From Malacoraja senta (Eukaryota), in NCBI GenBank assembly GCA_038087875.1, contig CM075998.1, positions 3,474,001-3,538,000 of the forward strand: 64,000 nt of DNA, read 5' to 3'. This document shows, in pieces, positions 1 through 38,781 of the stretch. Numbering within the stretch: the first letter of the stretch is position 1; each line of letters begins with the position of its first letter. A program made the position numbers and the translations under genes. Under the pieces are notes generated by a model, which was given only the letters and a program-made list of their open reading frames with translations, did no database searches and was not told where the DNA came from.

Positions 1-21950
<21,950 letters not shown>

Positions 21951-22014
21951 CCTGAAGCTGTGTGTGTGTATATATATATATTTTTTAAACTTGTAGATTT
22001 ATCGATGACTTTAA

Positions 22015-22180
22015 ATCAGTTCGGCGCCTCTCGCGTCCAGCCACTGAGCGTCCGCGGATCAATTCGAGAGGCAATGCCAGCTCAGAGCGAGTACAATCCC
22101 GCCTCCCTCGTCTCTTTCCCAATCAACCGCAAATCTGCAGCCGTCCCCGCCTCGTCAGCCAGCCTATTGGGTTAACCCAG
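22015..22180 (-). promoter_or_regulatory. CpG-rich putative CSAD promoter / 5' UTR
   Basis: Unique CpG-dense patch with GC-box-like ccccgcc and ccaatc immediately upstream of the first ATG. Confidence 0.45.
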
Positions 22181-22299
22181 CGAGCACAAATGAAGCAAAC
22201 ATATTGCTAACGAAACGAAAACTGTGTCTTTCGAATGAGTAGACGGAGGTAGTCTATTTAGAATGACTTGCTGGCCAGAATGGATCGGATCAGATCGAT

Positions 22300-23060
22300 T
22301 ATCTAAATGGTGGCCGATTAGGAAATGGGGAGATGCAGCGAGACCTGGGTGTCATGGTACACCAGTCATTGAAAGTAGGCATGCAGGTGCAGCAGGCAGT
22401 GAAGAAAGCGAATGGTATGTTGGCTTTCATAGCAAGAGGATTTGAGTATAGGAGCAGGGAGGTTCTACTGCAGTTGTACAGGGTCTTGGTGAGACCACAC
22501 CTGGAGTATTGCGTACTGTTTTGGTCTCCAAATCTGAGGAAGGACATTATAGCCATAGAGGGAGTGCAGAGAAGGTTCACCAGACTGATTCCTGGGATGT
22601 CAGGACTTTCATATGAAGAAAGACTGGATAGACTTGGCTTATACTCGCTAGAATTTAGGAGATTGAGAGGGGATCTTATAGAAACGTACAAAATTCTTAT
22701 GGGGTTGGACAGGCTAGATGCAGGAAGATTGTTCCCGATGTTGGGGAAGTCCAGGACAAGGGGTCACAGCTTAAGGATAAGGGGGAAATCCTTTAAGACC
22801 GAGATGAGGAAAAACGTTTTCACACAGAGTGGTGAATCTCTGGAACTCTCTGCCACAGAAGGTAGTTGAGGCCAGTTCATTGGCTATATTTAAGAGGGAG
22901 TTAGATGTGGCCCTTGTGGCTAAAGGGATCAGAGGGTATGGAGAGAAGGCAGGTACGGGATACTGAGTTGGATGATCAGCCATGATCATATTGAATGGCA
23001 GTGCAGGCTCAAAGGGCCGAATGGCCTACTCCTGCACCTATTTTCTATGTATCTATGTAT
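22300..23060 (+). mobile_element. CR1-clade LINE 3' end (representative; related fragments at about 2420-2770, 10960-11340, 13040-13440, 23220-24170, 29630-30050, 32070-32410, 39200-39670, 41640-42140, 42880-43400, 52220-52690, 57405-57722, 62110-62480)
   Basis: [42 protein letters not shown]; tail gggccgaatggcctactcctgcacct. Confidence 0.9.
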
Positions 23061-26000
23061 CTATGATTGAAATCTTCTTGCGTATGGCGTGCACAGCCTA
23101 AAGTTGCAAGACAACTTGTTCTGTTTGATCTTCTGTTTGTGCACGCCAGGTTGATTGCATTCGTTGAAACAGGGTGGACCACGTGAAGGTTGCAATCTCC
23201 CACCCCATCGATTGAAATGAATCATATTCATACAGCATGGAAACAGGCCCTTCAGCTCAACTAGCCCACACTGGCCAACATGCCCCATCTACACTAGTCC
23301 CACCTGTCTGCGTTTGGCCCATATCCCTCTAAACCTGTCCTATCCATGTACCTGTCCAATTGTTTCTTAAAAGTTGCTATAGTCCTACCTCCTCCGGCAG
23401 CTCGTTCCATACAACTACCAACCTTTGCGTGAAAAAGTTCAGATTCCCATGAAATCTTTCTCCCTTCACCTTAAACCTATGTCCTCTGGTTCTCGATTCC
23501 CCCACTCTGGGCAAGAGACTCTGTGCATCTACCCGATCTATTCCTCTCATGATTTTGTACATCGCTATAAGATCACCCCTCATCCTCCTGTGCTCCAAGG
23601 AATAGACACCCAGCCTACTCAACCTCTCCCTATAGCTCAGACCCTCTAGTCCTGGCAACATCCTCGTAAAACTTCTCTGAACCCTTTCCACCTGGACAAC
23701 ATCTTTCCTATAACATGGTGCCCAGAACTGAACACAATACTCTAAATGCGGCCTCACCAATGTCTTACATAACTGCAACATGCATCGTAAAACCCCCCCA
23801 CAGAAACAGGCCCTATTGCCCTCCATATTGACAATCAAGTTTGAATCCCATTTCATAAGGTCATACGTAATAGGAGCAGAATTAGGCCATTCGGTCCATC
23901 AAGTCTACTCTGCCATTCAATCGTGGCTGATCTATCTCTCCCTCCTAACCCCATTCTCCTTTCCTCTCCCCATAACCCCTGACACCCGTACTAATCAAGA
24001 ACCTGTCCATCTCTGCTTCAAAAATATCCACTGACTTGGCCTCCACAGCCGTCTGTGGCAAAGAATTCCACAGATTCGCCACCATCTGACTAAAGAAATG
24101 CCTTCTCATTTCCTTCTTAAAGGAACGTCCTTTAATTCTGAGGCTGTGCCCTCTAGTCCTAGACTCTCCCACTTTCCCGCACTTGTCCACTGCTCTCTCT
24201 GCCTTGGTGATTTAAGTGCTCACTAGAACACTTTTTAAATGTGGTGAGAGTCTCTACCTCCACCCTCAGGGGGCAGTGTACCCCAGATTCCAACCACCCT
24301 CTGGGGGGAAAAAATCTTCCTTATAACCCCTCGGAACCTCTTAATTTCTCCCACCATCTACCCACCCCCCCCTTTTCCCCCCTTTCCACACACCTCCAGA
24401 TTCAGGGACAGTTTCTTCCCAGCTGTTATCAGGCAACTGAACCATCCTACCAACAACTAGAGAGCGGTCCTGAGCTACTATCTACCTCATTGGACTATCT
24501 TTGATTGGACTTTACTAGACTTTACCTTGCACGAAACATTATTCCCTTTATCATGTATCTGTACACTGTGGACGGCTCGATTGTAATCATGTATTGTCTT
24601 ACCGCTGACTGGTTAGCACGCAACAAAAGCTCTTCACTGTACCTTGGTACACGTGACAATAAATTAAACTCAAACTCATATACAGGTTTAGCAACGATGA
24701 TCAAGAACATGATCTTGTGGGCCCCATCTCTCCTTGATCATTGTTGCTGGTTTTGATTTGTTCTTTTCATACCTTTAGTGATACCTTTCGTGTAGCTGCT
24801 TGCTGTGCAGCTGCTTGCGCCGACGATGGCGGCCACAGTGTACTGCTCCTTGCTGTTTTGTATGTGTTTGTTCGTTTGTGTCGTCTGTGAAAACCCTATT
24901 ATTATTCATGTTTAGTGTTTTCTGAGTCATTCGTAACTGTCACTGTATGTCATGTTGTTACTTGTGGGCGGAGCACCAAGGCAAATTCCTTGTATGTGAA
25001 TACTTGGCCAATAAACTTACTTACTGACTTTAAGTCATTTGCTCTTTGTACCTTTTCATACCTCCAGTTTCCCTCTCCCCTGACTCTCAGTCTGAAGAAG
25101 GATCTCGACCCAAAACGTCACCTGTTCCTTTGCTCCAGAGATGCTGCCTGACCCACTGAGTTACTCCAGCATTTTGTGTCTGTCCTCTCTCTCGGCGCTT
25201 TGCCATCCAGAACCATTCAACTGAATGCTGAGCATTTTTGGTGCTTTCACGACACCATTGTTATCACCCCAACGAGCAGACTATCAGAAATGATCAATAT
25301 TGACAGATGTGACCAAAGCGGAATTTGGCCTTGTGCACACAGATACCTTTTCCTGCATGAATGGCCAATCATCACAAAGAACCTTTATCACATGTGCCTG
25401 TATTATTCATATACCCATTATACGTAATGAACAGAATTGTGAAATAACCTTGCACCATGGACCTCAGCTGTTACATAGGAACAGCACAGGAATAGGCCTT
25501 TCAGGCCACAATGTGGGCGGTACGGTGGCGTAGCAGTAGAGCTACTGCCTTGCAGCGCCAGAGACCCATGTTCGATCCTGCTACGGGTGCATGTCTGTAT
25601 GGAGTTTCTACGTTCTACCCGTGACCTGCGTGGGTTTTCCCTGAGGTCTTCGGTTTCCTCTCACTCTCCAAAGATGTACAGGTTTGGTGTAAATGTAAAA
25701 AAATTGTCCCTAGTTTGTAGGGTAATGTTCGTGTGTGGGGATCGCTGGTCGGTGCGGACTCGGTGGGCCGAAGGGCCTCTCTCCACACTGTATCCCTAAA
25801 CTAAACTAACCTAAACTAAATGTCCATGCTGAACATGATGCCAAGTTAAACTAATCTCTGCCTATACGTGATCCATATCTCTCCATTCCCTGCATATCCC
25901 TGTGCCTACCAAAAACCCTCTTTGACCATTGACTCCATCTGCACCTCACGCTGCCTCGGCAAGGCCAGCAGCATAATCAAGAACCAGTCTCACCCCCGGC

Positions 26001-27526
26001 CACTCCCTCTTCTCCCCTCTCACATCGGGCAAAAGGTACAGAAGTGTGAAAACGCACACCTCCAGATTCAGGGACAGTTTCTTCCCGGCTGTTATCAGGC
26101 AACTGAACCATCCTACCACAACTAGAGAGCAGTGCTGAACTACAATCTACCTCATTGGAGACCCTCAGACTATCCTTGATCGGACTTTGCTGGCTTTACC
26201 TTGCACTAAACGTTATTCCCTTATCATGTATCTGTACACTGCAAATGGCTCGATTGTAATCATGCATTGTCTTACCGCTAACTGGATAGCACACAAAAGC
26301 TTTTCACTGTACCTCGGTACACGTGACAATAAACTAAACTGAACTAAATGCTCCTGTCGTATATTTGCTTACACCACCACCACAGGCAACGAGTTTCAGG
26401 TACCCACCTTTGTAAAATACTTGCTTTGCACAATTCCTTTAAACTCTCACCTTAAAGCTATGTGCTCTAGTCTTTGACATTTACACCTTGGGAAGAAAGT
26501 TCTGACAGTCAACTCTTGAAGGTCACTTGACATTAGATCCCTGATGGAGCAAGCAAGAAAGAACAGCTTACACCAGCCTTGCCAACAACCCCACATCCAC
26601 AACACAAAGTATTTTTTTGTTAGCAGATGACCTTTGAAGGCTTTCAGGCCCTGAAGGTTTTAGCACTGAAAAGACTTCTCTGAATAGATACTGAAGAAAA
26701 TAAACCGACAAAGATTTAAATTGAATGGCAAAACAAAGTATTACTGTGTTCAGACATAGAGTCACAGAGTATGGACACAGGCCCTATTAATGCACAGACC
26801 TTACTGACTGCGGTCAGTGGTAACTTTCAGTCATTCCCAGGTAGATCCCAGAATACAATTGCCAGCTGCCTGCTCAATTCCATCACTGGACCCCATGTGC
26901 AGTCTAACAAGGGAGACAGTATTGGTGGGATTCCCAAGCATTTAACCACCTCCCAGGCAGGTATCCCACTGCCTGAGTGCTGGAAATCGGGATGTGTAGC
27001 TCGGTACCTTAAAGACACCATGGACCAAAGAGATGGTGTCTGTGACTCTATGTATAATTACACATTGGGCGGCATGGTGGCGCAGCGGTAGAGTTGCTGC
27101 CTCACAGCGCCAGAGACCCAGGTTCGATCCTGACTACGGGTACAGTCTGTACGGTAGCCCATCTCTGGCCAGCTTTGTACTTTGGTTCCAGGAGGTCTGG
27201 CTGAGAAGGGCTTTTAGTGGTTTACGTGGATACTTGGTCACGCAGGAAACGACAGTTCATCGAGTTGTGCTGCCTCGGAAAAGTAACCAGAGAGATGGCT
27301 CACTGATCCCAGGAATTCCAATCGAGTTGGTGAATCAGTGTGGGTCAACACCACCAGGGTTTGAAGATTTTGACTTGACTACCATGACTCTAACCGGGTG
27401 CAAAATAAGACCCCACCCATCCAACCTCCTCCAGTGACTGTTCCTGTCATGTTGGGCGGCATGGTAGAGCTGCTGCCATGGACCCAGGTTCGATCCTGAC
27501 TCCAGGTGTTGTCTGCACAGAGTTTG

Positions 27527-28560
27527 TAGGTATGTTACAATACTTACCTTCAGAGGCGCTGCAATTCTGCCATTGGCCGTGTGCGCGATTTTGGCACCTT
27601 TGAGGGGGGGGGGGGGGTTAAAACGCGGGTTTCTCCTACCTTGTCCTGAATTATATTTCGTTGGAGTGCAACCTTTTGCTGAAGAATCGTTCCGACGGGC
27701 GTTTTGTGTATTTTTTATTTTTATTCGCCCGACAAGTTCAGCGCTGGAGTTATTTTCAAATCAGCTTCGAAAGCTGTCAACGCCGACAACGGGGACGGAT
27801 TTCACGCATGGGACAGGTAAACGAAAGCAGTTTATTTTATGTATAAAAGTGCTTCTTAAGAGGCCTTTAATTCACATTTAAAAATGCGAAACGGTGATTC
27901 TTTTCCCCGAACTAACAGCAGTATTTTTCATGCCGATACGGGGTTAAATTCACCGCAAATCAACGTTCCAAATGATCGCGTTCCAGAAAAACCCACTCGC
28001 AAGATGATTTAAATGCCCATTAATTTACAGGTATTAAACATTAAATTCCTTCCATTTGGCCTATAAATCCATGACGAGATTTAAAAATTATGTTATATTG
28101 TGAATTATTCTGTGAATGTTATTTGGACACTTAGGCTATTTAAAAATGTTAATCTATTCTTAATAAATTGATAGATGTTTAGATCTAGTAATTGAATTTT
28201 GTAATTAGCTACAATTAGGTAACTAACTAATTATATGCTTTACTTTCATGTCATCTAAGTAAGATTGTTTCATATTTGTTTCAGAATACTTCAATCTATA
28301 ATAATTGACATTTTCATTCAGTTCTCTTAATTTTTAAGAAAGTTATGGGCTTTTGACTGTCCTCGATCACAGCTTTTGTGTTAAGTCAATGGAAAAGCAA
28401 TAGGGAACAAGATGCTAATTTCCGAGTATGAAATGGCCATAACTTTTTTAATACTGAAGATATGAAAGTGAATTAGGTGTCAAATTAAACTTCTTTTTAT
28501 GCTTTATCTGATGGGATAAATTACAGATTTTTTAAATCCCAAAATTTTGTAACATTGCTA
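27527..28560. mobile_element. Non-autonomous DNA transposon (1034 bp) inserted in a SINE
   Basis: Imperfect TIRs TAGGTATGTTACAA / TTGTAACATTGCTA; GAGTTTG duplicated on both sides; SINE halves rejoin across it. Confidence 0.78.
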
Positions 28561-28699
28561 GAGTTTGTACGTTCTCCCCGTGGGTTTTCTCCGGGTGCTC
28601 CCGATGATGTACAGTGTGAGGGAGGGGGTGAGTGAGTGAGGGATGGGATGAGAGAGGATGCGGGAGGATGTGAGAGAGTGGATGCCAGCAGGTTCTCAC

Positions 28700-28900
28700 A
28701 GGGAAACTGTGTCCCAATCAATCGATGGCCGGTACTGATGACGCCCCCTGAATGGTATCGTAGCAACGGCGGTGAGGCGGGAGGGAGAGCGGTGAGGCCG
28801 CGGCCTAGCGAAGGCCCCAAACCGCAACCCAGCTCCAGGGCCCGGCACAGGCGGCGGCAGCGCATCACCGAGGCCTCTCGTCACCATCAAATGTTGGAGC
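28700..28900 (+). promoter_or_regulatory. CpG-rich putative promoter / non-coding first exon of HIGD1C
   Basis: CpG-dense unique sequence with CCAAT and gaggcggg about 1.3 kb upstream of a coding exon that starts with a splice acceptor, which implies an upstream non-coding exon. Confidence 0.45.
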
Positions 28901-30165
28901 GGTTTACTTATGATCCTTCATTAGTATATCAATTTATATTCTCTTAACATACAGGCTCCCTGCCGCCCCTTCATCTCCCTCCCCACCCCAGCGACATACC
29001 TGTCTGTCCCTGAGTGAACTCCACTCTCATCCCTCATCCAGTTTCATTCCCTGCTCCAACAGTCTCATCGTCTTCAATACGTTTCCCTTCTATAATTTGC
29101 GTTAATAAGGTTTGGTTGCTGCGTTAAATCAAAGAAAGATGCATTTTTAATCTTGTTTCCCCGTATTAATGTTATGGTGTCTGTTGTTTCCTGCCACACA
29201 TCCCAAACGCCTATCTTATGGTATCACTACCAGTTGTGTATCTAATGAGTGATGTTTAAATCAAAGAAAGAGTGTGCTAACGAAAGGTGGTTTGGCATTT
29301 TTTTTTAATGTGGGTGATCTCTGCGTTGTTTCCTGGTAAAGAGTTTAGAGTTTGGGAGAGGTTTTTTTTCCAAGCTAGATTTTGTACATCCAGTCTTGCA
29401 TGATCTAGGGTTGCCTGTATTTGTATGCAGTGACAGATGTGACAGTCTATGTGATCGGAAGTCTGTGACTAGTGGTGTACCATTATAACGAGGGTTTACT
29501 TTATGGACTGTTCCTTTCTGGGACATGATTGTAACTGTGTGGATGGATTAATGTCAACCCAGCAATCTCTCTGCAACTGTTCAGATTGCATATTTTCTCT
29601 GAAGTGATTTGCTTCCTTGTCCTGGAGTTCAGTGCGTTTGACGGCACTGGGCCTGTACTCGCTGGAGTTTAGAAGAATGAGGGGGGGACCTCATTGAAAC
29701 TTACCGTATAGTGAAAGGCTTAAATAGAGTGGATGTGGAGAGGATGTTTCCACCAGTGGGAGAGTCTAGGACCAGAGGGCATAGCCTCAGAATTAAAGGA
29801 CGTTCCTTTAGGAAGGAGATGAGGAGGAATTTCTTTAGTCAGAGGGTGGTGAATCTGGGATTCATTGCCAGACAGCTGTGGAGGCCAAGTTAATGGATAT
29901 TTTTAAGGCAGAGAGATAGATTCTTGATAAGTACTGGTGTCAGGGGTTATGGGGGGAAGGCAGGAGGGAGGGAGAGATAGATCAGCCATGATTGAATGGC
30001 AGAGCTAACTTGATGGGCCGAATGGCCTACTTCTTCCCCTATCACTTATGAACTTACGACCTTATAATTAGTGGATAAACTTGATGACCCTTTCTGTCCA
30101 TGGCTTATGTAGACAAGTTGCTTTCTCTTTCAGCACTTTCATTGAGTTTTCTTTCTTAGGAAACA

Positions 30166-33428
<3,263 letters not shown>

Positions 33429-36359
33429 CAATCCTTGGAAAAAGAGGACGACTTGTTTTCGAATTGGAGTCAAGCCTCGACTTATTTAACTGCTCTGCCG
33501 TGGATTTCAAAAGCATGGCACATACCTCACGGCGAGGACTGGTGTCCACTGTGTTTTCAGCGAGTTGAAGCTTTCAGTAAAGCTTTCTTCCTCTGGTCTT
33601 CATGACCACACACAGTTGTTTGAACCTTATTACCACGACCATTGAGCAGCTCAGTGCTTGGTGACTGCACTGCTCAGAAGTACTCAAACATCAGTGTGCT
33701 ATCAAAGGTTTTCGTAGGGGGAAAGTGCAGCTCAATATACTGCACAATATCCTTCATCGCACTGCTTCCACCCTGTCCTGCAACTTGATTTCCCTCCTCC
33801 TACAGAGCTCTTCCTGCTGATATAGCTAGTTGGTCCAACTTTTCCACTCAGCCCCTGCAGGGTTTTGTACATGACTCCAGATGTGCTGTGCACGTGGCTT
33901 CCTCTCCCTTGGTTAATGCTGTTTTGTCAGGACCCACTTCAGTGTATCCCTCTTCATTAATTTTGGCCTTACCAACTCTTATATAACTGTGGCATGACGT
34001 CCCCACTTCTATGCTCAATACTTGGGTGGCGCAGCGGTAGAGTTGCTGCCTTACAGCGCTGGAGATCCGGGTTCGATCCCGACTACGAGTGCTGTCTGTA
34101 CGGAGTTCGTACGTTCTCCCCGTGGGTTTTCTCCAAGATCTTCGGTTTCCACCCACATTCTAAAGACGTGCAGGTTTGTAAGTAAATTGGCTTGGCGTAT
34201 GTGTAAATTGTCCCTAGTGTGTGTAGGATGGTGTTAATGAGCAGGAATCGCTGGTCGGCGCGCCGAAGGGTCGGTTTCCACGCTGTGTCTCTAAACTAAA
34301 CGTACGAAGGCCAATGTACCAAAAGCTGCCTCACCTGCCTTATCTACCTGTGATGCCCCTTTCAAGGAACTAAGTACCTGCACTCCCACATCCCTCTGCT
34401 CTACATCACTTCCCTGAGCCCTGCCATTCACTGTGTACTTGAGGGGCAACTTTTTCCACACAGAGGGTGGTGGGTATATGGAACAATTGACCAGGAGGGG
34501 TAGTTAAGACAGGTACTATAACAGCACCTAAAAGACATTGGGACAGGTCCGTGGACACGAAAGGTTTAGAGGGATATGGGCGGGTGGGACTGGCTGAAGG
34601 GCCTGCATTAATCTTTGAGTTAACAAAGTTATTTGACACCAATCCAAATAAACAATTCAACAGGACATAGAACAGAGAGACTTGAAATGGTTCTCATCCA
34701 TCATCATCTTTAACAATGGGTATACATGAGCAAAAGGTCACCATGCATCACTCCCAGCACTATTAAAGTGAACATCATGAGTCAGCACACATTACCAGGT
34801 GTGAAACATCACGTTTAAACTTTACATTGACCTGTTCAGACAGGACCAAGACAAACACGTCCAATTCCGGTCACCAAAACAAAATGCCATTCTGGAGGTC
34901 ACACAGAGGATGGAGTGGTGCCAACCTCGGTTTCAGAACAAGCTAACACGGAAAATTGGGACTCTTCCCAATTGGGAATGAATTTCAGAGAAAGACTCCA
35001 GAGTTGATAGAGGTGCTGCCTCACACCACCAGACTCTGGTTCGATCCTAATCGCAGGAGCTGTCTGTGTGGAGTCTGCACGTATTCCCTCTTGACTGTGC
35101 GAGTCTTCCCCAGGTGCTTAGGTTTCCTCCCACATCCCAATTACATGCGGGTTTGTAGGTAAATTGGCCACTGTAAATTGCCACCAAGTGTGGATGAGAA
35201 AGTGGGATAACCGAGAACTAGTGTGAATGGTGATCAATGGTCAGTGTGGACTCAGTGGGCCTGTTTCCACGCTGCACCTTTCAATCAGTCAAACACTTAA
35301 TTAATCCATATCAGTGAGAAATGTAAATGTAAATTTGATGTCATGAAAATCTTTATCAAGTAAAACTAACACTTAAAATGGACTTGCGGAGGGAAGCAGA
35401 GGCCATTTAAATAATGCTGGTTGCAATTCCTTTTAACTATGGGTAGTACACTGACAGGATTTGCAAAGCTTGATATCCAAGAAACCCGTGCTAAACTTGA
35501 GACATGACTAAAAGTCAGTTAACATAGTTTATTTAAACCAGGGGGAGATGTAATGGAAACTCAGCCTTTCAAAGGATGGGTAAGAGTGAAGAATAGCCTT
35601 CATCCAGATCTATCTGGATAGTTAATCCTATCATTTCCTCAGAGATCTGCAAGAAGAAATGATCAGGAGAGTTGAAATGCCCTTAAATTATGCTCTGCAG
35701 CACTACATGCATAAAGAGATGCCAGCCTACTTGATTTTTATTGACAGGCGACTTTTGAACTGAGGGAACTTGCTTAGTCGAGTCCATGATTGGAGTGATA
35801 CTCTTTTGCAGTGCGATCACTTCAGACTGATGCTATTTGTCAATTCAATTAGTGTGCAGTGGAGTTCTGATTGCAAGATGAGTTTAAAACATTTGGCCAA
35901 TGGCTTAGTGTCCAAGGTTCCTTTGAGCTGGGAATTACAACCCACAAGGGCGGCACAGTGGTAGAGTTGCTGCCTTACAACACCAGAGACCTGGTTCGAT
36001 CCTGACTACGGGTGCTGTCTGTATGGAGTTTGTACGTTCTCCCCGTGACTTTTCTCCAGTTTCCTCCCACACTCCAAAGATGTACAGGTTTGTAGGTTAA
36101 TTGGCTTTAGTGAGTTGTAAAAAAATTGTCCCTTGTGCGTGTAGGTTAGTGTACAGGATGATCACTGGGTGGTACAGACTCGGAGGGCCGAAGAGCTCTG
36201 TATCACTAAAGTAAAGTCTAAACTAGCTGGATCATAATACTCATTTCAGCAAAGTGCATCAAGTTTTGGATGTACAGTATCCCTTTCATAATGCCCTTGG
36301 AGTTGACTTTTAAATGTACAAAATGTAAAGTGCTTGAAGAAAACCCATGGCACAGAAAA

Positions 36360-38569
36360 CAAGACATCAAACACCATCTTTATTGGTGCACTCAAAGCAA
36401 ATGACTAAACATTTATAGCAAAGGGAAATTTCACAGTTAACAGTAAACTTTAAAAAAATAAATCATAGTAGGACATTAGTAAGATGTCTAAACGAACACC
36501 GAACTTTCAAGCCATTGAACTACAATCCAAGTGCCCCCAAATAAGTCATTTAAAACTCGGTACTGTGCTCGAGTTATTGCAACCAGTAGCTTGGAGCCAA
36601 ATTGAGATGGAGTCCATAGTCAGCCAGGTTCTTGCTGTGTCACAGTGACACATTGTTGGTCGCATAACAAAACATTTCATGATGGTCGGTAACATTAGAA
36701 TCAAACCACTCACTTTATAGAAGCAATGCGATGAGTGGCTTAATACTGTTAGAGCTCAGTTTCAAATATATTGGTCCCATATCTGAATTTTAAAAAAATT
36801 AAATGATCAAAACTTCAACTGAAGTATACTGTTCTGCACTCAAATGAAGAGAATCGTTGCAGTTCTACAAGATATTTGGTCACTTTTGGTACTTCTATGC
36901 AAAAAGATCTATCTAAACTAGCTTCCTTTCAGAGGGAAGATATATATAATCCACTTGCATGCAAGGTGTAGTCAAACTCGGTGAGTGATTGGGAACGAAA
37001 GGAAGCAGCTAAAAAACATCCTCTGTGGTGTTATCACTTTACAACATGCGACAAGAAACCTTCAGTAGGCAAAGTTTTTAAATTACACGCCAAGAGGCAG
37101 TGCTGAGACAGCAGAATGAATTTGTTGTACAAGTCCGGAGGACCAGTAGAAAAATGAGGCGGGGGGGGAAATAGTGTTTTGGAAAAAAACTGCCAAATCT
37201 CGCAAAACCAGAAGCAGTCTATTAATTCAAACACTGACGATGTTTTATTTCCAAATGAGAGATTAGCTTTGGATAGAGGAGTTACAATGGCTTCCCTCGT
37301 TCCCACAATTGAGCAGCCTTCTTCATTGTCAGAGTGAAGGACAGAGCAAGGAATGATGTGCAGAATCAGACCTGATCCACTGTGGATACAAGGCACCCAT
37401 CTCACACTATACTGGATAGAAACGGGTGGCAGCACAGAGAAACCCATCAACGGCCGACTTGCTTTCTTGCGATACCAACCTCCTGCTCATCTAATTTAAT
37501 CAGATCATTTTATAGGAACAGAATATTAGGAGGGGACTGAAAAATGAGTGCAAATAGAAAAAGGTGCTGAATCCCATTTGCTGACCAGTTATTTCACCCA
37601 TCACTCTCCATGCATCTCAATTGTTTTTTAAAAACCATCTTCACATGTTAATGCAGAGTGCAGTACTGAAATAAAATAATCACAATCATAATATGATCAT
37701 ACACCAACACAAGACAGGTAAACACCAAATCATAAGCTACATACAATATTTCAACAGCATCTTTTCTGGACAAACAGTTGATTGCATTCTGCAACACTGT
37801 CATTTGTGATTACTGCTGAATATTGATTAACACATATTAACCTGTATTAACCTGTCACTGTGTTTATGACAACAATTCAAGGCTACGTTTGGACCAGATA
37901 AAAACGGAAAACCTGCACTTCTAATCATTCAGGCTGCAACTAAATCTGTACTCGGTAGATTTAAAGAAACTATTCAACTTGACCAAAAAAAAAAGTAGCT
38001 AATTTTTTTTTTTGTGAAAATTTTTCATTAACTGCTTTACCTCAAACTTTAGTCAACTCTCAGCTCCAGGCTCCGGCAAAATGCCAGAGCAGTCATTAAA
38101 ACGTCATACAAAATATTTTTCTTTAGAAAAATACAAGAAACCATAACATGCTAGAGGGTTGAGCTGTGCTATCGTGAAAACGTTGTGTGCGCACTAGGTC
38201 GTGGAACACAGGGACGGGAGGAGTCACAGAGTGTGAAACATTTGGAGTGTTTCTGCATCGGGATCTGATGTATGGGATGCAGTGCTCAGTTTGGGATCAT
38301 TGGAGCTTATCTGAAATGAAGTACTTTAAATGATTGTCATGCTGCTAAAGTCAGACTGACAACTACATACATATTGCTAGATTGGGAAGCCTTTCTCATT
38401 TAATAAAGTAGGTTGGTTTCTATTCAGTCAGAATCTGTGGCAGTATTACTCGTGTTGGGGCAGGCTTCCCTCAGTAGTTTATTAGTGCTTTCTGAACAGA
38501 TTATACCCTTCTGCCAGTTTTGTTACAAGTGCGGAAGACAACTTTTCATCTCGCCTCTTTGGCAGGAGA
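36360..38569 (-). other. Putative 2.2-kb 3' UTR of the GORASP-like gene, poly(A) signal at 36379-36384
   Basis: Long stretch with no recognised repeats directly after the stop, ending at a minus-strand AATAAA. Confidence 0.55.
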
Positions 38570-38781
38570 CTATTCCTGAGCTACTGCGGGTGTAGGGTCC
38601 GAGACTTTGCTCCACTGAGAATGGTACGGTACGGAGACACTCTCGGAAGTAGTTGAAGGGATGGGGCAAAATGGTGGCACTGTAGAGAAGGCCGGAAGCA
38701 CAGGGGTCGTGGCATGATCGATGGGAGGGAGGTTTGATAAAGCCAGGCGTGGCAGTGGACTGGTAGTTGACAAGGGCGAAT
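38570..38781 (-). CDS. GORASP2: GORASP-like terminal coding exon ([13 protein letters not shown]...PTPAVAQE*)
   Basis: tgttccag acceptor, phase 1, Pro/Ser/Thr-rich, TAG stop. Confidence 0.72.
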
